In this document: piece by piece, positions 46,340 through 60,572 of the stretch | Layout of the letters: each line of letters starts with the position of its first letter | How positions within the stretch are numbered: the stretch's first letter is position 1 | Source of the DNA: Iphione sp. A-MEVVRFRX5 | Lineage: Eukaryota | Assembly: GCA_976226885.1 (NCBI GenBank) | Contig: OZ320315.1 | Span: forward strand, 97,402,001-97,466,000 | Direction of reading: 5' to 3' | DNA: 64,000 bases | Made by a program: the position numbers and the translations under genes | The notes under the pieces: generated by a model | Databases searched by the model: none | What the model saw: the letters and a program-made list of their open reading frames with translations, nothing else | Told to the model about the DNA's origin: nothing

Positions 46340-49300
46340 CTTTCATTCTCCTCTTCTCTTCTCAAATTGAATCGAAGATGAGAATGCCTAGTCTGAAAGG
46401 TAAAATGGGTTTGTTTCACAACTTAGTTGTGACTCTTAACTACATTCGCATATTTTCAACAAATTCACATCAGAGCATGACTGTTTTATCACTATTTCTT
46501 TGGACTCATACCTTCTCAACAGCATCTTTCATGAACACTGGGTGCCTCACTCTGGGGTAGCATATCACAACCAGGAACCATTGACTCCTGCAGACGTGAT
46601 AGGGTTATTACGCAAAATACAGTGGAAATTGTTGTTGAAGGGATGTTGCTTTATATCATATTCAGCCTGAATGCAAATACTACAAGGTCACAGAAATGCA
46701 TGAATCAGACAAATTACAATTATATACCTCTGACTCAACTGGGAGATTCCACCCAACCACCTCTAAGAAAATGAATTTGTAATCATACTACGTACAAGAT
46801 TAGCACCACTAAAGAAAGCTTTTTGTCGCAATATCTGAAAAACAATTCCTCTTCTCTTCTCATCTCAGATTGAATCAAAGATGAGGATGCCTGGTCTGAA
46901 AAGTAAAATGGGTTTGTTTCACAAGCTGGTTGTGACTATATTAAAATATTTTCAACAAACTCACATGAGAGCATGACTGTTTTATCACTATTTCCTTGGA
47001 CTCATCCATTCTCAAGAGCATCTTTGAGTAGCACTAGGTGCTTCAGTCTTGGGTAGCATATCACAACCAGAAACCAGGGACTCCTGCAGACATGACAGGA
47101 TCACAGAAATACATGAATCATACAAAGTACAATTATATATGTCTGACTCAAACCATTGCCCTTGAGATTTGTTAAATGCCAGTGGAAGAATAAGCTGAAT
47201 ATGTGAGTTCTTGTACAATCCTCTTCTGACAATATCTCATAGAAAATGTATTTGTGGAAAGAAAGGGTTCAGAACAGATAAGTAAAAATTACGCAGAATA
47301 CAGTGCCTAAAAAATGCTTCAAACACATCTACACTTGTAAATGTAGATCAATGTAGAGAGAGCTACTTGATTTCCTTTCCATATAAGACTTATGAATTGT
47401 AGGAAGGATTACTGCACTTCTTCTATTTACTACCTGGTACTCTTCTACAAGAATTGATATGTTCACTCATACACATGCCAACATATAAAGTACAAAACCC
47501 GGAGATTCGGCCCAACCACCCCTGACCTAAGAAAATGAAATTGAGCGACTTTGCAATCATACTACTTACAAGACTAACACCACAAATCTTCACTAGATTG
47601 GAATATTTTCAACAAACTCACATGAGAGCATGACTGTTTAATCACTATTTCCCTGGAGTCATCCCTTCTCAATGGCATCTTTGAGTAGCACTAGGTGCTT
47701 CAGTCCTGGGTAGCATATGACAAACAGGAACTGGTGACTCTTGCAGACATGACAGGATCACAGAAATGCACGAATCATACAAAGTACAATTATATACATC
47801 TGACTCAAATCATCACCCTTGTGATTTATTAAATGCCAGTGGAAGAATAAGTTGAATATGTGAGTTCTTGTATCATCCTCTTTCTGACAATATCTCATAG
47901 AAAATGTATTCATGGAAAGAAAGGGTTCAGAACAGATAAGTAAAAATCCCAGAGAATTCAGTGCCTAAAAAATGCTTCAAACACATCTGCACTAGTAAAT
48001 GTAGAGCAATGTAGAGGGAGCCACTGGATTTGCTTTCCATATAAGGTTATGAATCTTAGGAGGGATTACGGCAATAAGCACAAAACCGGGAGATTCCACC
48101 CAACCATCTCTGACCTAACAAAATGAAATTGAGTGGCTTTGCAATGTTACTACTTACAAGACTAGCACTACTAAAGAAAACTTTTTGTAGCAATATCTGA
48201 AAAATAATTCCTCTCCTCTTCTCTTCTTAAATTGAATCAAAGATGAGAATGCCTAGTCTGAAAGGTAAAATTGGTTTGTTTCACAACTTGGTTGTGACTC
48301 TTAACTACATTCGCATATTTTCAACAAATTCACATCAGAGCATGACTGTTTTATCACTATTTCCTTGGACTCATACCTTCTCAACAGCATCTTTCATGAA
48401 CACTGGGTGCCTCACTCTGGAGTAGCATATCACAACCAGGAACCAGTGACTCCTGCAGGCGTGATAGGGTTATTACGCAAAATACAGTGGAAATTGTTGT
48501 TGAAGGGATGTTGCTTTATATCATATTCAGCCTCAATGCAAATACTACAAGGTCGCAGAAATGCATGAATCAGACAAATTACAATTATATACCTCTGACT
48601 CAACTGGGAGATTCCACCCAACCACCTCTAAGAAAATGAATTTGTAATCATACTACGTACAAGACTAGCACCACTAAAGAAAGCTTTTTGTTGCAATATC
48701 TGAAAAACAATTCCTCTTCTCTTCTCATCTCAGATTGAATCAAAGATGAGGATGCCTGGTCTCAAAAGTAAAATGGGTTTGTCTCACAAACTGGTTGTAA
48801 CTACATTCAAATATTTTCAGCAAACTCGCATGAGAGCATGACTGTTTTATCACTATTTCCTTGGACTCATCCATTCTCAAGAGCATCTTTGAGTAGCACT
48901 AGGTTCTTTCAGTTTGGGTAGCATATCACAACCAGAAGCCAGTGACTCCTGCAGACATGAGAGGATCACAGAAATACGTGAATCATACAAAGGACAATTA
49001 TATATGTCTGACTCAAACCATTGCCCTTGTGATTTTTTAAATGCCAGTGGAAGAATAAGTTGAATATGTGAGTTCTTGTATGATCCTCTTCTGACAATAT
49101 CTCATAGAAAATGTATTCATGGAAAGAAAGGGTTCAGAACAGAATTCTGTGTCTAAAAATGCTTCAAACACATCTGCACTAGTAAATGTAGAGCAATGTA
49201 GAGGGAACCACTGGATTTGCTTTCCATATAAGGTTTATGAAATTCTGGGAGGGATTACTGCAATTCTTATATTTACTACCTGGTACTATTCTACAGGAAT

Positions 49301-49640
49301 GATATTATTAATTCATAAACATGCAAATATACACAGCACAAAACTGAGAGATTCCACCCAACCACCTCTGACCTAACAAGATGAAATTGAGCCACTTAGT
49401 AATCATACTTACAAGACTAGCACCACTAAAGAAAGCTTTTTGTCTCAATTTCCTAAAAAACAATTCCTCTTCTCTTCTCATCTGAGTTTGAATCAAAGAT
49501 CGGGATGTCTGTACATGAGAGTATGACTGTTTCATCACTATTTCCTTTGAGTCCTCCCTTCTGAAGAGCATCTTTGATGAGCACTGGGTGCCTTAGTCCA
49601 GGACAGCATATCACAACCAGGAACTCCTGAATAACAAACC
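46340..49640 (-). repeat. Higher-order tandem array (about 6 subunits, about 1.87-kb duplication) of decayed SENP6/7-like C48 SUMO-protease exons
   Basis: Repeated minus-strand segments read YIFYEILSEEDCTRTHIFSLFF, tctgcag|G-SHWFLVVICY and tttcag|A-PGILIFDSI*. Anchors at 46378/48242 and 46880/48746 are about 1865 nt apart. Confidence 0.78.
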
Positions 49641-50149
49641 AGACAATCATTTAGCTTGTACCCAGTTGACGTTTTGTACTATCTAAAGTTATGTCAAGGA
49701 ATTATTTTAATATTTTATTCATGGTCTCTTTGAAAACAGATACACCTTTTAGCTCTATAACCCGCGCTGCCGGACAGAAATGGATCCCAACCATGGTCTT
49801 GTACTACTTGTGTATTATTCACCTGTTGTGGTGCCTAACCAAGGTGTGGGCATGTCCTGGTTTGTATTGTGGACCACAAACTCATTGATTTTACTGATAG
49901 CGTTGTTAATAATCATTGCAAATGCGAATCTACTGGGGTTATCACATTTCCATTCGGGAAAAACCCAAATGGTTTTGTCTAAACAAACATACTATTAGTA
50001 TCTAAACTATGTACACCCTCCTTTTCCCCAATATAAAAACAATAAAGCCCGATGAGACAACTGTCGAAACCGTGTCATAAGTGCCAAAACACAGCCATAA
50101 ACTCCAGTAATCTGAATCAATAAATGATTCACTACCTTACCCCCTTGAA

Positions 50150-50430
50150 ACAGGAAGTTGGCAGTACCAAGGCAACAACAACAATGCTAACATATATAAC
50201 AGTTGCCTGTGAGCTGGCTGGACCACTGACTGGGTTCATTGAGGAAAGGGCTTAGCTGCGTTTCACAAAGTTCCATTCGGGAGGAGGAAGTAGTCAAGTC
50301 ATTGCTACCACCAAGAATTGTCATTATTTGGTTTGGGCTGGAAAAGCCATGATTAACCACCGTATCGACAATTTGTGGAAGCTTTCTTCCTGGAAAGTAG
50401 TGAACATTTACTAGAAAGTATTCATTCCGC
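50150..50430 (-). pseudogene. SGNH-fold fragment
   Basis: Manual translation: VNVHYFPGRKLPQIV...IMTILGGSNDL (PG...GxND). Confidence 0.45.
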
Positions 50431-50484
50431 TTTCATTCATTTCGTAATCCATATTTCTCCGATGAAAATCTGCAAAGGTCGCTG

Positions 50485-50580
50485 CTCCTCTGGCCCTCAT
50501 GTCATTGAACCAGAGGAGGAGGGCCTTCTCCAGGTCCAGGTTTGTATAACTTCCTGTTTGTTTTGTCCCATGCATGAAAA
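50485..50580 (-). pseudogene. pogo/Tigger (CENP-B HTH) transposase fragment
   Basis: GSYTNLDLEKALLLWFNDMRAR matches the LExAL..WF...R motif. Confidence 0.55.
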
Positions 50581-50748
50581 CTTGGAATAGACTGGTCACT
50601 TGAACAGCTGCCTAGTGTTTCAATGTAAACAAAATTGATACCTTCGGGATGTTGTTCTGTTAGACTGCATATGCGCCAGGGGATGTTTTAAGTACAAGTC
50701 ACTTATTTCCACAGTATTATAATTTCACTTAACGTCGACATTTGTGGC

Positions 50749-50924
50749 AATATCGCTAGGGTCTGGGTCGAGGAATCTTGTTAGGGGTAATATCGCTAGG
50801 GCCTGGGTCGAGGAATCTTGTTAGGGGTTTGAATATGTTGTGTAGAGTGATAAGGGTGGCGCTCTCCAGGCCTTCTGGGTCGAGGAATCTTGTTAGGGGT
50901 TTGAATATGTTGTGTAGAGTGATA
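50749..50924. repeat. Nested short duplications (40-nt tandem pair plus about 50-nt repeat)
   Basis: ctgggtcgaggaatcttgttagggg occurs three times. Confidence 0.9.
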
Positions 50925-53900
50925 GGCCTTCCTTAAAGCTTATAGGAAGTGTAGCTTTCGGGTCTTCACGTCCACGTTCGCGCTTATGTTGGCACCTCTG
51001 CTGGGTTCGCCTTTACGGAGGGATCTGGGACCTCCCAGATTGAGCAAGGGAAAAGGGTCTTGGTTCTGGTTAGCTGGCAAGTGCAACGGGACGATGTTGC
51101 CTTAGTGATTCCTTAATGCGCTACATCTCTTCTCGAGCATGTATATTATCTTAATACACATAAGTCTGTTCTAAGACTTGTCATCTCCCTTAAAAAAGAT
51201 GGCCAATCGGATGGTAAGGATACTGCTTAGCAGGATGAGTGCAATGCTGTCAGCTAATCGGGCATCGTTCTGTGATGGCTCATCCCAGCTAACACAGAAA
51301 CGTGTTTAGAACGCTCTAAAAACATTGTATAACACATTCTAAAGATCCTGGGCCTAGGCATTTTTTGGTGAGGCCTCCTCCTTGGCCCCCTTTTCTGGCC
51401 TCTTGGGCTTCTGGCATGGTCTGTCATCTCCCCCGGTGAGACGTGCTTTCTTCATACACTCATGCCCGGGTGGGGGCACTCTTATCCAAGGGTTGCAGGG
51501 TGCCCAAGCCCCGCAATTGCCCCCCAGAGGTTCTTCTCAGGATTAGTAACCCAGGCTCTACATGATGGTGGTCCAGTCGTTCCTGGTGGCCCCAATGCAT
51601 ACCTGCCTCACATGGTGGATTAGCGGTGTGGGACCCTGCCCTTCGTTTCGTTTCATTGTATCTTTAATCAGGAATACTTTCACCTATCATCATGACAGGG
51701 TTCTTCCATATTCTCCTGTGGTAGCATGCTACTATCTATTATTAAGAATTAAGCTCCGGGAGGCTGTTTGCCTGGTGTTCAGTATGGCTAGCATGGTTTG
51801 GAGTAGGCCTATGCATGGCCTCCTGTCCCTCACTGCTCTCCCGATGATGGTCATACATTGTCTTCGGGCCACCCCAATCAGCACGGGACAAGGCCTGGTG
51901 GAGGGCCTCAGACTCCCTGTCAGAGTGACCTGCTATGCTGTGCTTGGAGGACTTTGTCCTGGAGTGCTGAGGATTATGCTGTCGACATCTGAGGTAGTCT
52001 GTTGAATGGGGTGGTCTGGCTCGATGTAGTCTGATCTCTGGGTGGTCTGGCGCTAAAATATGCACTCTGCTATTCACTAGTTGGCCACTATTCACTCTTT
52101 CCTTCACCTTTTCTGCCATAATGCCCTTCCACTCCTGGTCATTATGGACCATTTTATTAGACGAATTTATCAGCGAGGTTGTCTTGAATTAAGATAAGAA
52201 ACAATTTTATTCAATCATCCAACAATCACCTCCAAGAGGCGGTATTAAGAGTGTGGAAGGGAAGATACATGGGATATGTGCAAATACAATTTGATTATGT
52301 TGAGTACAATAGTAGGTAATATCAATTAAATTTTGCAACACTTAATTCGGTGACATGAAGTAGTAATAACACAGGCAAGTAATTCACACAGGATTGCAGG
52401 AAATTACAACAATTTAAATAACCGCTAACTAAAGGTTGCTATAATTCAAATGTGACATCAGTTTAAAATCAACCATTGATTCAGCACTTCTTCACATTAC
52501 ATCAAGACTACACAGACTTTCTTACTAGTTCATTTCTTTGTTTGGGTATGGATAAAACATCATCATCATGCATTTTGGTGTTCAGCTCATGTTCTTTAGG
52601 CAATAATGTAAGCAGATGAAGGTTGTGAATTATGTTAAGAGAATTATGTTACAGAACTCTGTAGCATATTGTTACTCCTACCATATTTTTTTGACCTGAC
52701 ATGGTCAATTGCTAGTGCTCAATCTTAAAGCCTCTGTATCCTGATCAGGTAATTCGAATGTACTGTTAAGTAATCAACTTGAGGCATGATTTTTTATATA
52801 GTATGATTCGATCATGACAATTGAAGTGAAATCGCTTTCTGTATAACATGTTATATTGATCAAATCTTATTTGCTTCAAGGTTGAATTTTATTCTCTTTT
52901 AAATTATTACCCCTAAATAGGTATACTGATCAGCATACGGAAGTACTTCCTTGCCCAAGAGTTGAATATGAGAATGTATGCATCCTCAGCCAATCAGATT
53001 GCTATAAACCATGACAGTCACGGTTCTTTTTGTTTACATTGGTACGTTTGCGTTGGAAACAGTGAGAGAAATGCATGCATTGGATTGTGGCATGCAAGAG
53101 ATACTCTCACCAGCTGAATGTAGCTATGATAGTTTATGCTTCTTTCGAGAGTTTCTTTATAGTAGTAACGCTTTATATATCTTTTATTTAAGTAATGCAG
53201 CAACACAAATCGTATGGAACAGTATAAGTAAGTAATGAATCCAAAATTAAAAGCGAAAGTCGTTTCGTTGCGGCTTGAAGATTAATTAGTTTGTCAATTA
53301 GGCATCACGTTTTGACCTTCATTTATGAAATAAGAAATTTAATCTTTAACAGAACACATTAAACATGAACTTAATGTTAGAATTCGAAGAGGTCCTTCAA
53401 AAGAGACAGACATCTTGATGCCTTTTCAAACTCTGGAAATGATGTAAAATATTAATCAATAGAATGTAAACAGACAATAACATGACAGGGATAGAGAAGG
53501 AAGAAAGAGAAAGAGGAGAAAGAGGAAATACATTACAGGTATACCTCTCTTAGTAAAGCTGTATTCAGAAAGATTACAATTTAATTTAAAATTTCTTGAT
53601 AGATGCAGTATATATTTTCATCAGTTAGCATTTTTTCCAGTAAAATATGAAGAACACAAAAATATGAAGACCACAAAGAGATTTTCTCAGAGGATTTGGT
53701 AAAGGAAATATACCTGAATAAATCCAGCATTTCTCCATTAAATATTGATAAACTTGTAAGATTCTTGGTCACTGATAACTGGCGGAGTACCAGGACCATG
53801 ACTCGGTATAAAATATTTTTGTTGGGTAACTAATTGTTTTTATAAAAGTGTATTTATTATGTTGGTGAAATTCTGATGGGGAATATAATCTCCTAGGGCG

Positions 53901-54179
53901 AACACATACCTTACGCAGTGAAATGCTTTAATACATCATGGATAGTATCTAACCTTTTTTACTTCAAAAGTGTCCTTTCGAGGCAAATATTTAGTTTATT
54001 ATATGTAGAAGTATTTAGACCCAGATCGTATTTGATTTTTATTGAAAATTATAGTGCATATTATAATCTATAGTGTAAGAGCAACATAATCCAATTTGAA
54101 GTATCGACCTTACATCTTAGATGAAGCAAGACTGTCGTATGCATCACGAAATGGCGCAAACTTCTTAAATGGTGCTTAC

Positions 54180-54283
54180 CCATCTTTGGACAAATTGTTC
54201 CAGAGGGATGTCCTGGAGTGGTCCTGCAATCTCCAATGTATACATGAGGATATAACCGCAATTGGGGCATCTGCGCATTAGAA
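54180..54283 (-). other. Putative 104-nt coding exon (AG...GT), homolog of 26102-26205
   Basis: tttctcctttctcag|TT CTA ATG CGC...TGG|gtaagc encodes LMRRCPNCGYILMYTLEIAGPLQDIPLEQFVQRW. Confidence 0.5.
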
Positions 54284-55014
54284 CTGAGAAAGGAGAAACT
54301 GATTTTATTTCATTATTTAGTAACAGCATTAAGTGCAAATAGACCATTACGTTTACAAACGACAGCACTCATCGAAGTTATTGAAACCGAGCAGTCATGG
54401 ACGTGCTAAACATGTCTAAGAAGACGTGCATTATTGTGCCACACCGAACCTATAAACAACAACACAGGGCTGGTGTAAACTTAGTGGATTTTTTTCTTTG
54501 ACACTAGAAGTGTACCTAAACATATACATGGACGCTGCGGGTTTTTAACTCAACTGCGATACATAGCCATACAATATGACAAAAAGGCGTCTTACAAATA
54601 TAAAGCAAGTGTTGTTGTGGGGTGGCGGATGGTTAACGCTCTAAACGGTGCGGCTACCTCTCTCTGAGCTTCGTTGTGCGCGACTGGTTCCTTATATACC
54701 CGGCACTACTACGGGTTTCTAAGCCAAATGCGATACATAGCCCAAGCCCTAGGAAATTACGAGGACTCTGCCTGTCTTTTGCGGGCTGAGGCCTGGCGAG
54801 AACTAAGTTCCTGTGATGTGTATAGCAATGCCGAGGGAGTGGCCTCCCAGGTTCCTTGTGCTTTTATTTCTTCCATAGGGGCTCCTAATTCTCTGAGGTG
54901 GGTGGCCCCCCCTCATCTAATGCTATGCAGGGAAAATTTTGGAGGGATCGTATCCTAGTGATTTGTTAATTACCCGAAGAATGGCCGAAACTGCAGATGC
55001 CTGAAATGGACGTT

Positions 55015-58000
55015 TTAATATCGGGTCTTGAAATAGGGGTTGTAGGGGTTGTACATGTTTTCTAACAGAGCGGTTGGACAGCATACTGGATTATCTAACC
55101 TTGGGATGAAAATGATCCTACATGTATTACGGGTAATGGTCTTCGACCATTTTATATTGACCAATGAGCTCTTAGGGCCAAATTCGACATCCTGTCTAGT
55201 GATCTGCTTCAGGCAATCATACTCTCCGAATTTCTTAAGAAATACATTTGATTGGCGGACAAGCGAGTAAGGCAACGTACTGAAAATGGCTTTTAGCACA
55301 ACTGCTAGCGGGCCCATGCTCTGACAAAACTTGATTATCTGCTTATAGTGTTCGTAATTGATTGGCAATTTACGTTGTACAGCGTGGGGGGAAGTCTTCA
55401 TGATGGCTGTCAGGGCAGTGGTGACCTTGTAGTGTGTACATGTGCCTAGACTGTTTTTATCGTCCACGATATTCATCATCGTTCTAAGCGCGGAGACGTG
55501 TTGCTCAACGACGGTTGGTGTATAGTGTATATTAAGATATTCTATATACAGACACATGTGATCAGGGGTAATTGGCTCCATTGGGAGATTGAAATGTGCA
55601 AAAAAGCCCAAGGCTAGTTTAAACATTCGTAGTTGCGCCCTATGCGTTGCTGGTGTAACACTCTGCGTCTGGCGAATTGCTGCTTTCTTTGCTAGGTTAA
55701 ATAGCCTGGGGTGTGGAAGTTAAAAATTGTAAAATAGTTAACATCAAAATGTGTTGGAACTACTTTTGTATATAAGAGAACTGGTTGAGAAATCTTTTAA
55801 ACACAGCCTTGTATTTTGGAGGGCCATCTTGTCGTGACAAGGCATCTGCATAGAACATCTGAACCTGGAATGTGCTTATAAGTATTATACATTTGATGGG
55901 TGGTTTGAGTATACCATATTGCTCTTGCAACTGTTAGTAGGATTGGGTCCTTTGCCCGGCCGTACACGCATGCATCAATGGTGGCGTGATTATCGCAATA
56001 TACAATAATGGATGGATATTTGATTCCTATTAACCTGATTGCTAAGACAACATTGATGGCTTCGAGCTGCGAAATATGGTACTTAGCCGCGCCCTTGGAG
56101 AGCCTGTAGATATAATACCAATCGGAGGTGTACGCTCCCCCTGCACTAAGGGAGGCGTCACAAAATAGTTCCATTGCTGGTACTGTTGGGACAATAGGGG
56201 AGATACCATTACATTGTCCTAAAGATCGGATAAACCACATTAAATCTTTCCTACTTTCGCTAGTAATAGTACAATGAGTTGATCTATCAGCAATATCTTG
56301 TCTGTATTGTTCTAATAGGCAACCTACAAACAATCTGGCCGGGGTCACGCATCACGACATGAAATTTACAAGGCCAAGAAGTTTTTGCATCTTTTGATAT
56401 GTAACCTTCTTACGATCAAGTGTTTTGTCTTATTAGCGACAAAGCTTCGTCAGTTTCTTCTTGCAGGATTGAGATCTGTAATACGTTGAGATCAAACATA
56501 ATACCAAGCCATCTGATTGCTCTCGTCGGGGGCGTGATCTTGTCTTCTGCTAAGGTGAGCCCCAGCGAACAAAGTCGACTGTTGTGTGAAAGGCGGCCAC
56601 AGCATTGGAGTGGCCATACGTAAAAAACAGAAAGTCGTCAAGGTAGACGAAGCTTCCTATGTTCAGAGTGGATTTGAGATGAGATAATATACGCTGAGTC
56701 AGTTTCTTATCCAAGTAATAACCATGGTTGAATAAAATAACAACAAAGGCCAGTCAAGAGGGTCTACTGCGAAATGCCGATAGACCCTCGTCTAGCGACC
56801 GCAGGTACAAATCATTGTTATTATGTGCAATGACACGTGTTAAGTCATTGGTGGAGGGTAAAACGACTTTGGCATATGAATTGAAATAATTTTCTGAAGG
56901 GATCTGACCGTTCACACCTCTAAATGAGAGGTCAATAATGATACGCCTTTTGCTTGGGTCCTGTTTTGGTCGGGTTATAATTGGGCTGACTGTGGACCAA
57001 TGGTCGAAGGGGGGAGTGCTAAATGGGCCTGAGATGGCGTCTTGTTCTAATTCTTCTTTACATATCCCTGTAATGCCTGGGGAAAGGCCATAGTGGACAC
57101 AAAATTTTGTTCGGTTTCAAAATGGTTTGGGCCACCCTGGTATCCTAAGGGGAACCCATATAACAACTGGTTGTAAAGAAATCTATCTAAATATGAGTTA
57201 TCATCCAACATGCTGTGACATGCTTGGAGACACAGAGGAGAATGGAGGACGAGTTTAGCTTCGAGCTGGTTTGGGCACCCGGTCGCTCGTACTCTGGAAT
57301 AGACAAAATGGTCAGTTATGGGAACGACATTTAGGATATTTGGCCATGACAAGAGATGCTGGATTGTCATAGAGTCGTAGTCAGGGGGTCCTGGGGGCTG
57401 TGTTTCTGCTCCTGCGAAGTGTGTAAGCTCGGCCGTCTAAGGTTCCCACTCATCACTGCCACTCGTCTGTCCGTCTTCATTGTGGTTGTGGCTGGTCGGA
57501 CGTCTGTCTGGGTGGTTGAAGATTCTTCCGCAAACGGCATACTTCGAGCAGGTGCTCGAATTTCCTATTGGAATGGTAGAAACAGATGGAACAACAATGT
57601 AGCATTGTTAGCGAGTCTGAATTATCGTGCTTTTCTGTGCATGTGGCGGAAAGCCACTTTGGGCAGATGACGACGCAGTCTTTCTTGGGGCCTATGGTCT
57701 TGAGTCGACACATCAACTCAAGGTAAGCATTGATGGCCCTTGATTTGGCCTGTTGGATAACGTGCTTATTCGACCATGCAAACCTCTTTGTCTCGTAGGT
57801 GTACCACAACTCGGCCGCCCACTTGCGAAGGGGGGGGCCAAGGAATGGATATGCTCTCTTCCGCAATTTCAGCTAAGTGTGAGAGAAGTAACTCTTTGGG
57901 AGCATCTTTATAGTTTGGTTCTCGTATCATGTTTGCAAGGCCGGCAATATACTGTGATAATGTCAATTTTTCAATATCTGGGGCTTCACCCTTTTGAAAG

Positions 58001-58420
58001 TAAATGTAGGTGGCCGGAAAGAGAATTTTTTTCTTCTTGCCTCCTGCTGGAAAGGCACCCAGGTAGATGAGGCTTGAAAGTTGGTGGAATTCGTCGTTTG
58101 CCTCGCTCCTGAGCTAGTCTGGGGCCAGATATGTCTCGTCCTCCTCCGACTCCTCAGACTGCGTGGCCTCGCCGCCATCTTGGTCGATAAAGCCATGTGG
58201 TTTCGCCTCTGCGCCGTTTGGTGTGTGCATGGTGTCGTCTTTCTTCGTCTTTGTTGCCGGGTTGGTCGTATCTGTCTTCTTTCTCGTCTGTTTCTTGACT
58301 TTTTCGAAGTCGCTCTCAAGTATTTTAACCTGAGCTAGCGCGTTTTTGAGTTGAGACTTAATCAGAAATGTACAAGTTTCAAAAGACAGATTGTGTACAT
58401 GAATTAGTTGGGATTCCCTC
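55015..58420 (-). mobile_element. Ngaro/PAT-type YR retroelement, decayed, YR truncated before HxxR
   Basis: gag Cys/His knuckle 57477-57866. RT with VYLDD near 56635. RNase H CDASL, YCDN. YR LVRQSN and WSKT, close to the YR at 12455-13130 and 33.2-34.0 kb. Confidence 0.87.
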
Positions 58421-58834
58421 AATATTGGTGTTTTTGTGTTTAGTCATACGACTTATGATACGAGCAACTTCATTCTTAGTGTTTTTAGTTAGAATAAAAT
58501 TATTGGCAGAGCCTTTTCCTGGAGTGATCCACTACAGTGTCAGGAAGTTGCTGATCAATGGACGGGGTAATAAAATTTCAAAAATTCAAATTTCATATCG
58601 TTTATTGAGACACAATGTCACTTTACAAAGTGATTCCCAGAATGCGGTCAAGTAGAGAAAAAATCATGAAGTTTATACCTCGCATGAAAATAGTATAGAA
58701 GTTTTGTAGCTCCCAGCTACCAAATCAATTTCCCCTTGGTTATGGCCTTTATTCATCTGCAATGGCCCGGGGGATCATCTTCCAATAACCAATTACTGTT
58801 CGATTTAGCCTATTCCCTGTCTGTCCCTGTAGAA

Positions 58835-59330
58835 TCTTTTGATTTCACCTTTAAACGCTCCCTTATCCAGCTTCCTTATCAAAAGGGGTATTGCATTCCA
58901 ATTACGAATTCCGTGGCATAAGAAGCCCCTCTGGTATACTGCACAGTTCACCTTCTCAACCCTGAGATCATTATGTGTCCCCTTTCTTGATTGTTCATGT
59001 CATGTATCATCAGATTACAAAAATACCACATTCTTTCTATACCAGCAACACCATTTCTTTCCATCCACACAAAAAACCTTTATTCTTGTAACAAACCCAT
59101 TCATGAAACACTGTCTTACAGAATCAACTACCACTTCCTCCTTTACTACTTGCATGATCTCCAACCCATGATGAACAATCGGTAATAGACATTACAACGG
59201 TCTAACACCCATTTTGCCCAAGCTAATAAACTTGTCGTCCTAATTTGCTTAATCATATTGTCGACGCAGATCTTAAACGCTAGCTTTTCATCCAACCTGT
59301 ACCCTAGATAATAAAACTCCCTTACTCTCT
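58835..59330 (-). pseudogene. 5'-truncated LINE RT C-terminal relic
   Basis: Manual translation: EFYYLGYRLDEKLAF...; GFLCHGIRNWNAIP...FKGEIK. Confidence 0.65.
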
Positions 59331-60572
59331 CTAAACTGTGTTGCCACTACACAGCTCATAGGGTCATGTAGATGATCTGTAGAAGTATATGCCAACACAT
59401 TGTCCTTGTCACCTTATTTTTAATCAGATGTAATACAAAATACCATATTCCAGGAGTGTGATACTCTTCAGCCAGAAAAAAGACTCTTGCTCAGCCTGAT
59501 ACTATTACAGCAGTAGGACATAGTGATGTCAAAAGTAAAAATGATGTAAAAGTACATAAATTATGGAATTATCATCTACATGCAAAAATTGGACAGTTGA
59601 TTATGACACGCCAAGGGAGAAAAAACATTGAAGGGAAGAAATACAATCAGTTCTGCACTCATAATGACAGACATGTTGGAGGCTGAAGTTGTACAACTGT
59701 ACAACCCACTGTTTTTACTATATGAGGGCAGTTATTGACTGTTGAGATTCCTAGGAGACTGGGATTGTTTACAACGGTTTGCCAAGTGTTTTTATGCCTC
59801 AATTCTACTGGTCTATATCATGTAACATTATATATAATATCACATATCCTATATAAATATTGTAACCAGAGTGGTGTTTTAGCTGGTGAGCATATGTTTC
59901 TGCCAAATCATTGTGCATTCTAGAAAGAAGACAGGACACATAAATGCATGGCATATGTTTTATTTTTGTAACAATGTTGTATTTATACAGTAAAGGAGGG
60001 TTAAGTTGTAAGAAGTTGTTAGAAGAATATATCATAAGATTTCATATTTTTCTTCATCAACAGCTTCATCATAAAAAATCTGAATGATTTCCATGTCGTT
60101 ACAATGAGTATCGGCTTGGAATCATCTATTTCTAGAATGATTGGGTCATCTTGTGTGCCCATGCCAGAATACCTGGCTTGAGTTGGTGTGATTAGCTCGT
60201 ACCATGGTTCGTCTGGAATGTCACTGTCAGTGTTGTCATCATAATCCTCCAACATGGATGTCTCCCATTCCTCATCACTGATTGTGATTTGGTCTTTTAC
60301 CTCCAATGGAGAGAAAAAGCTTTAAGTACAGCTTATTTGAAGCTGATTAAACCCATGTAACAATATACTAATCTAAATCTAAGATTATTTTCGGTAAAAA
60401 TCCCACACATGTCATAGTTATTGTAGAGAGTAATTCAGATACAGAGGCATAAATATAAGACTAAAAAGGAATGACTAGAAACCTGAAATAAGTGAAACAT
60501 ATATATTACCCATCTTCAAACTTAACTTGTCACTTAATATTAAACCTACTGCCTTTAAGATTTTAAATGTTG

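Noticed and set aside
46340-49640. Repeat array considered as a CRISPR array or plain satellite
   Set aside because: Units are 490-750 nt with no short repeat/unique spacer pattern, there are no cas genes, and the units translate to SENP-like motifs.
51200-52152. GC-richer decayed ORF-like region
   Set aside because: No convincing motif in any frame. Probably a gag relic, but unsupported.
60019-60306. Acidic 95-aa ORF downstream of the MULE relic
   Set aside because: Low-complexity, with no homolog in the window. Could be a MULE accessory exon but unsupported.
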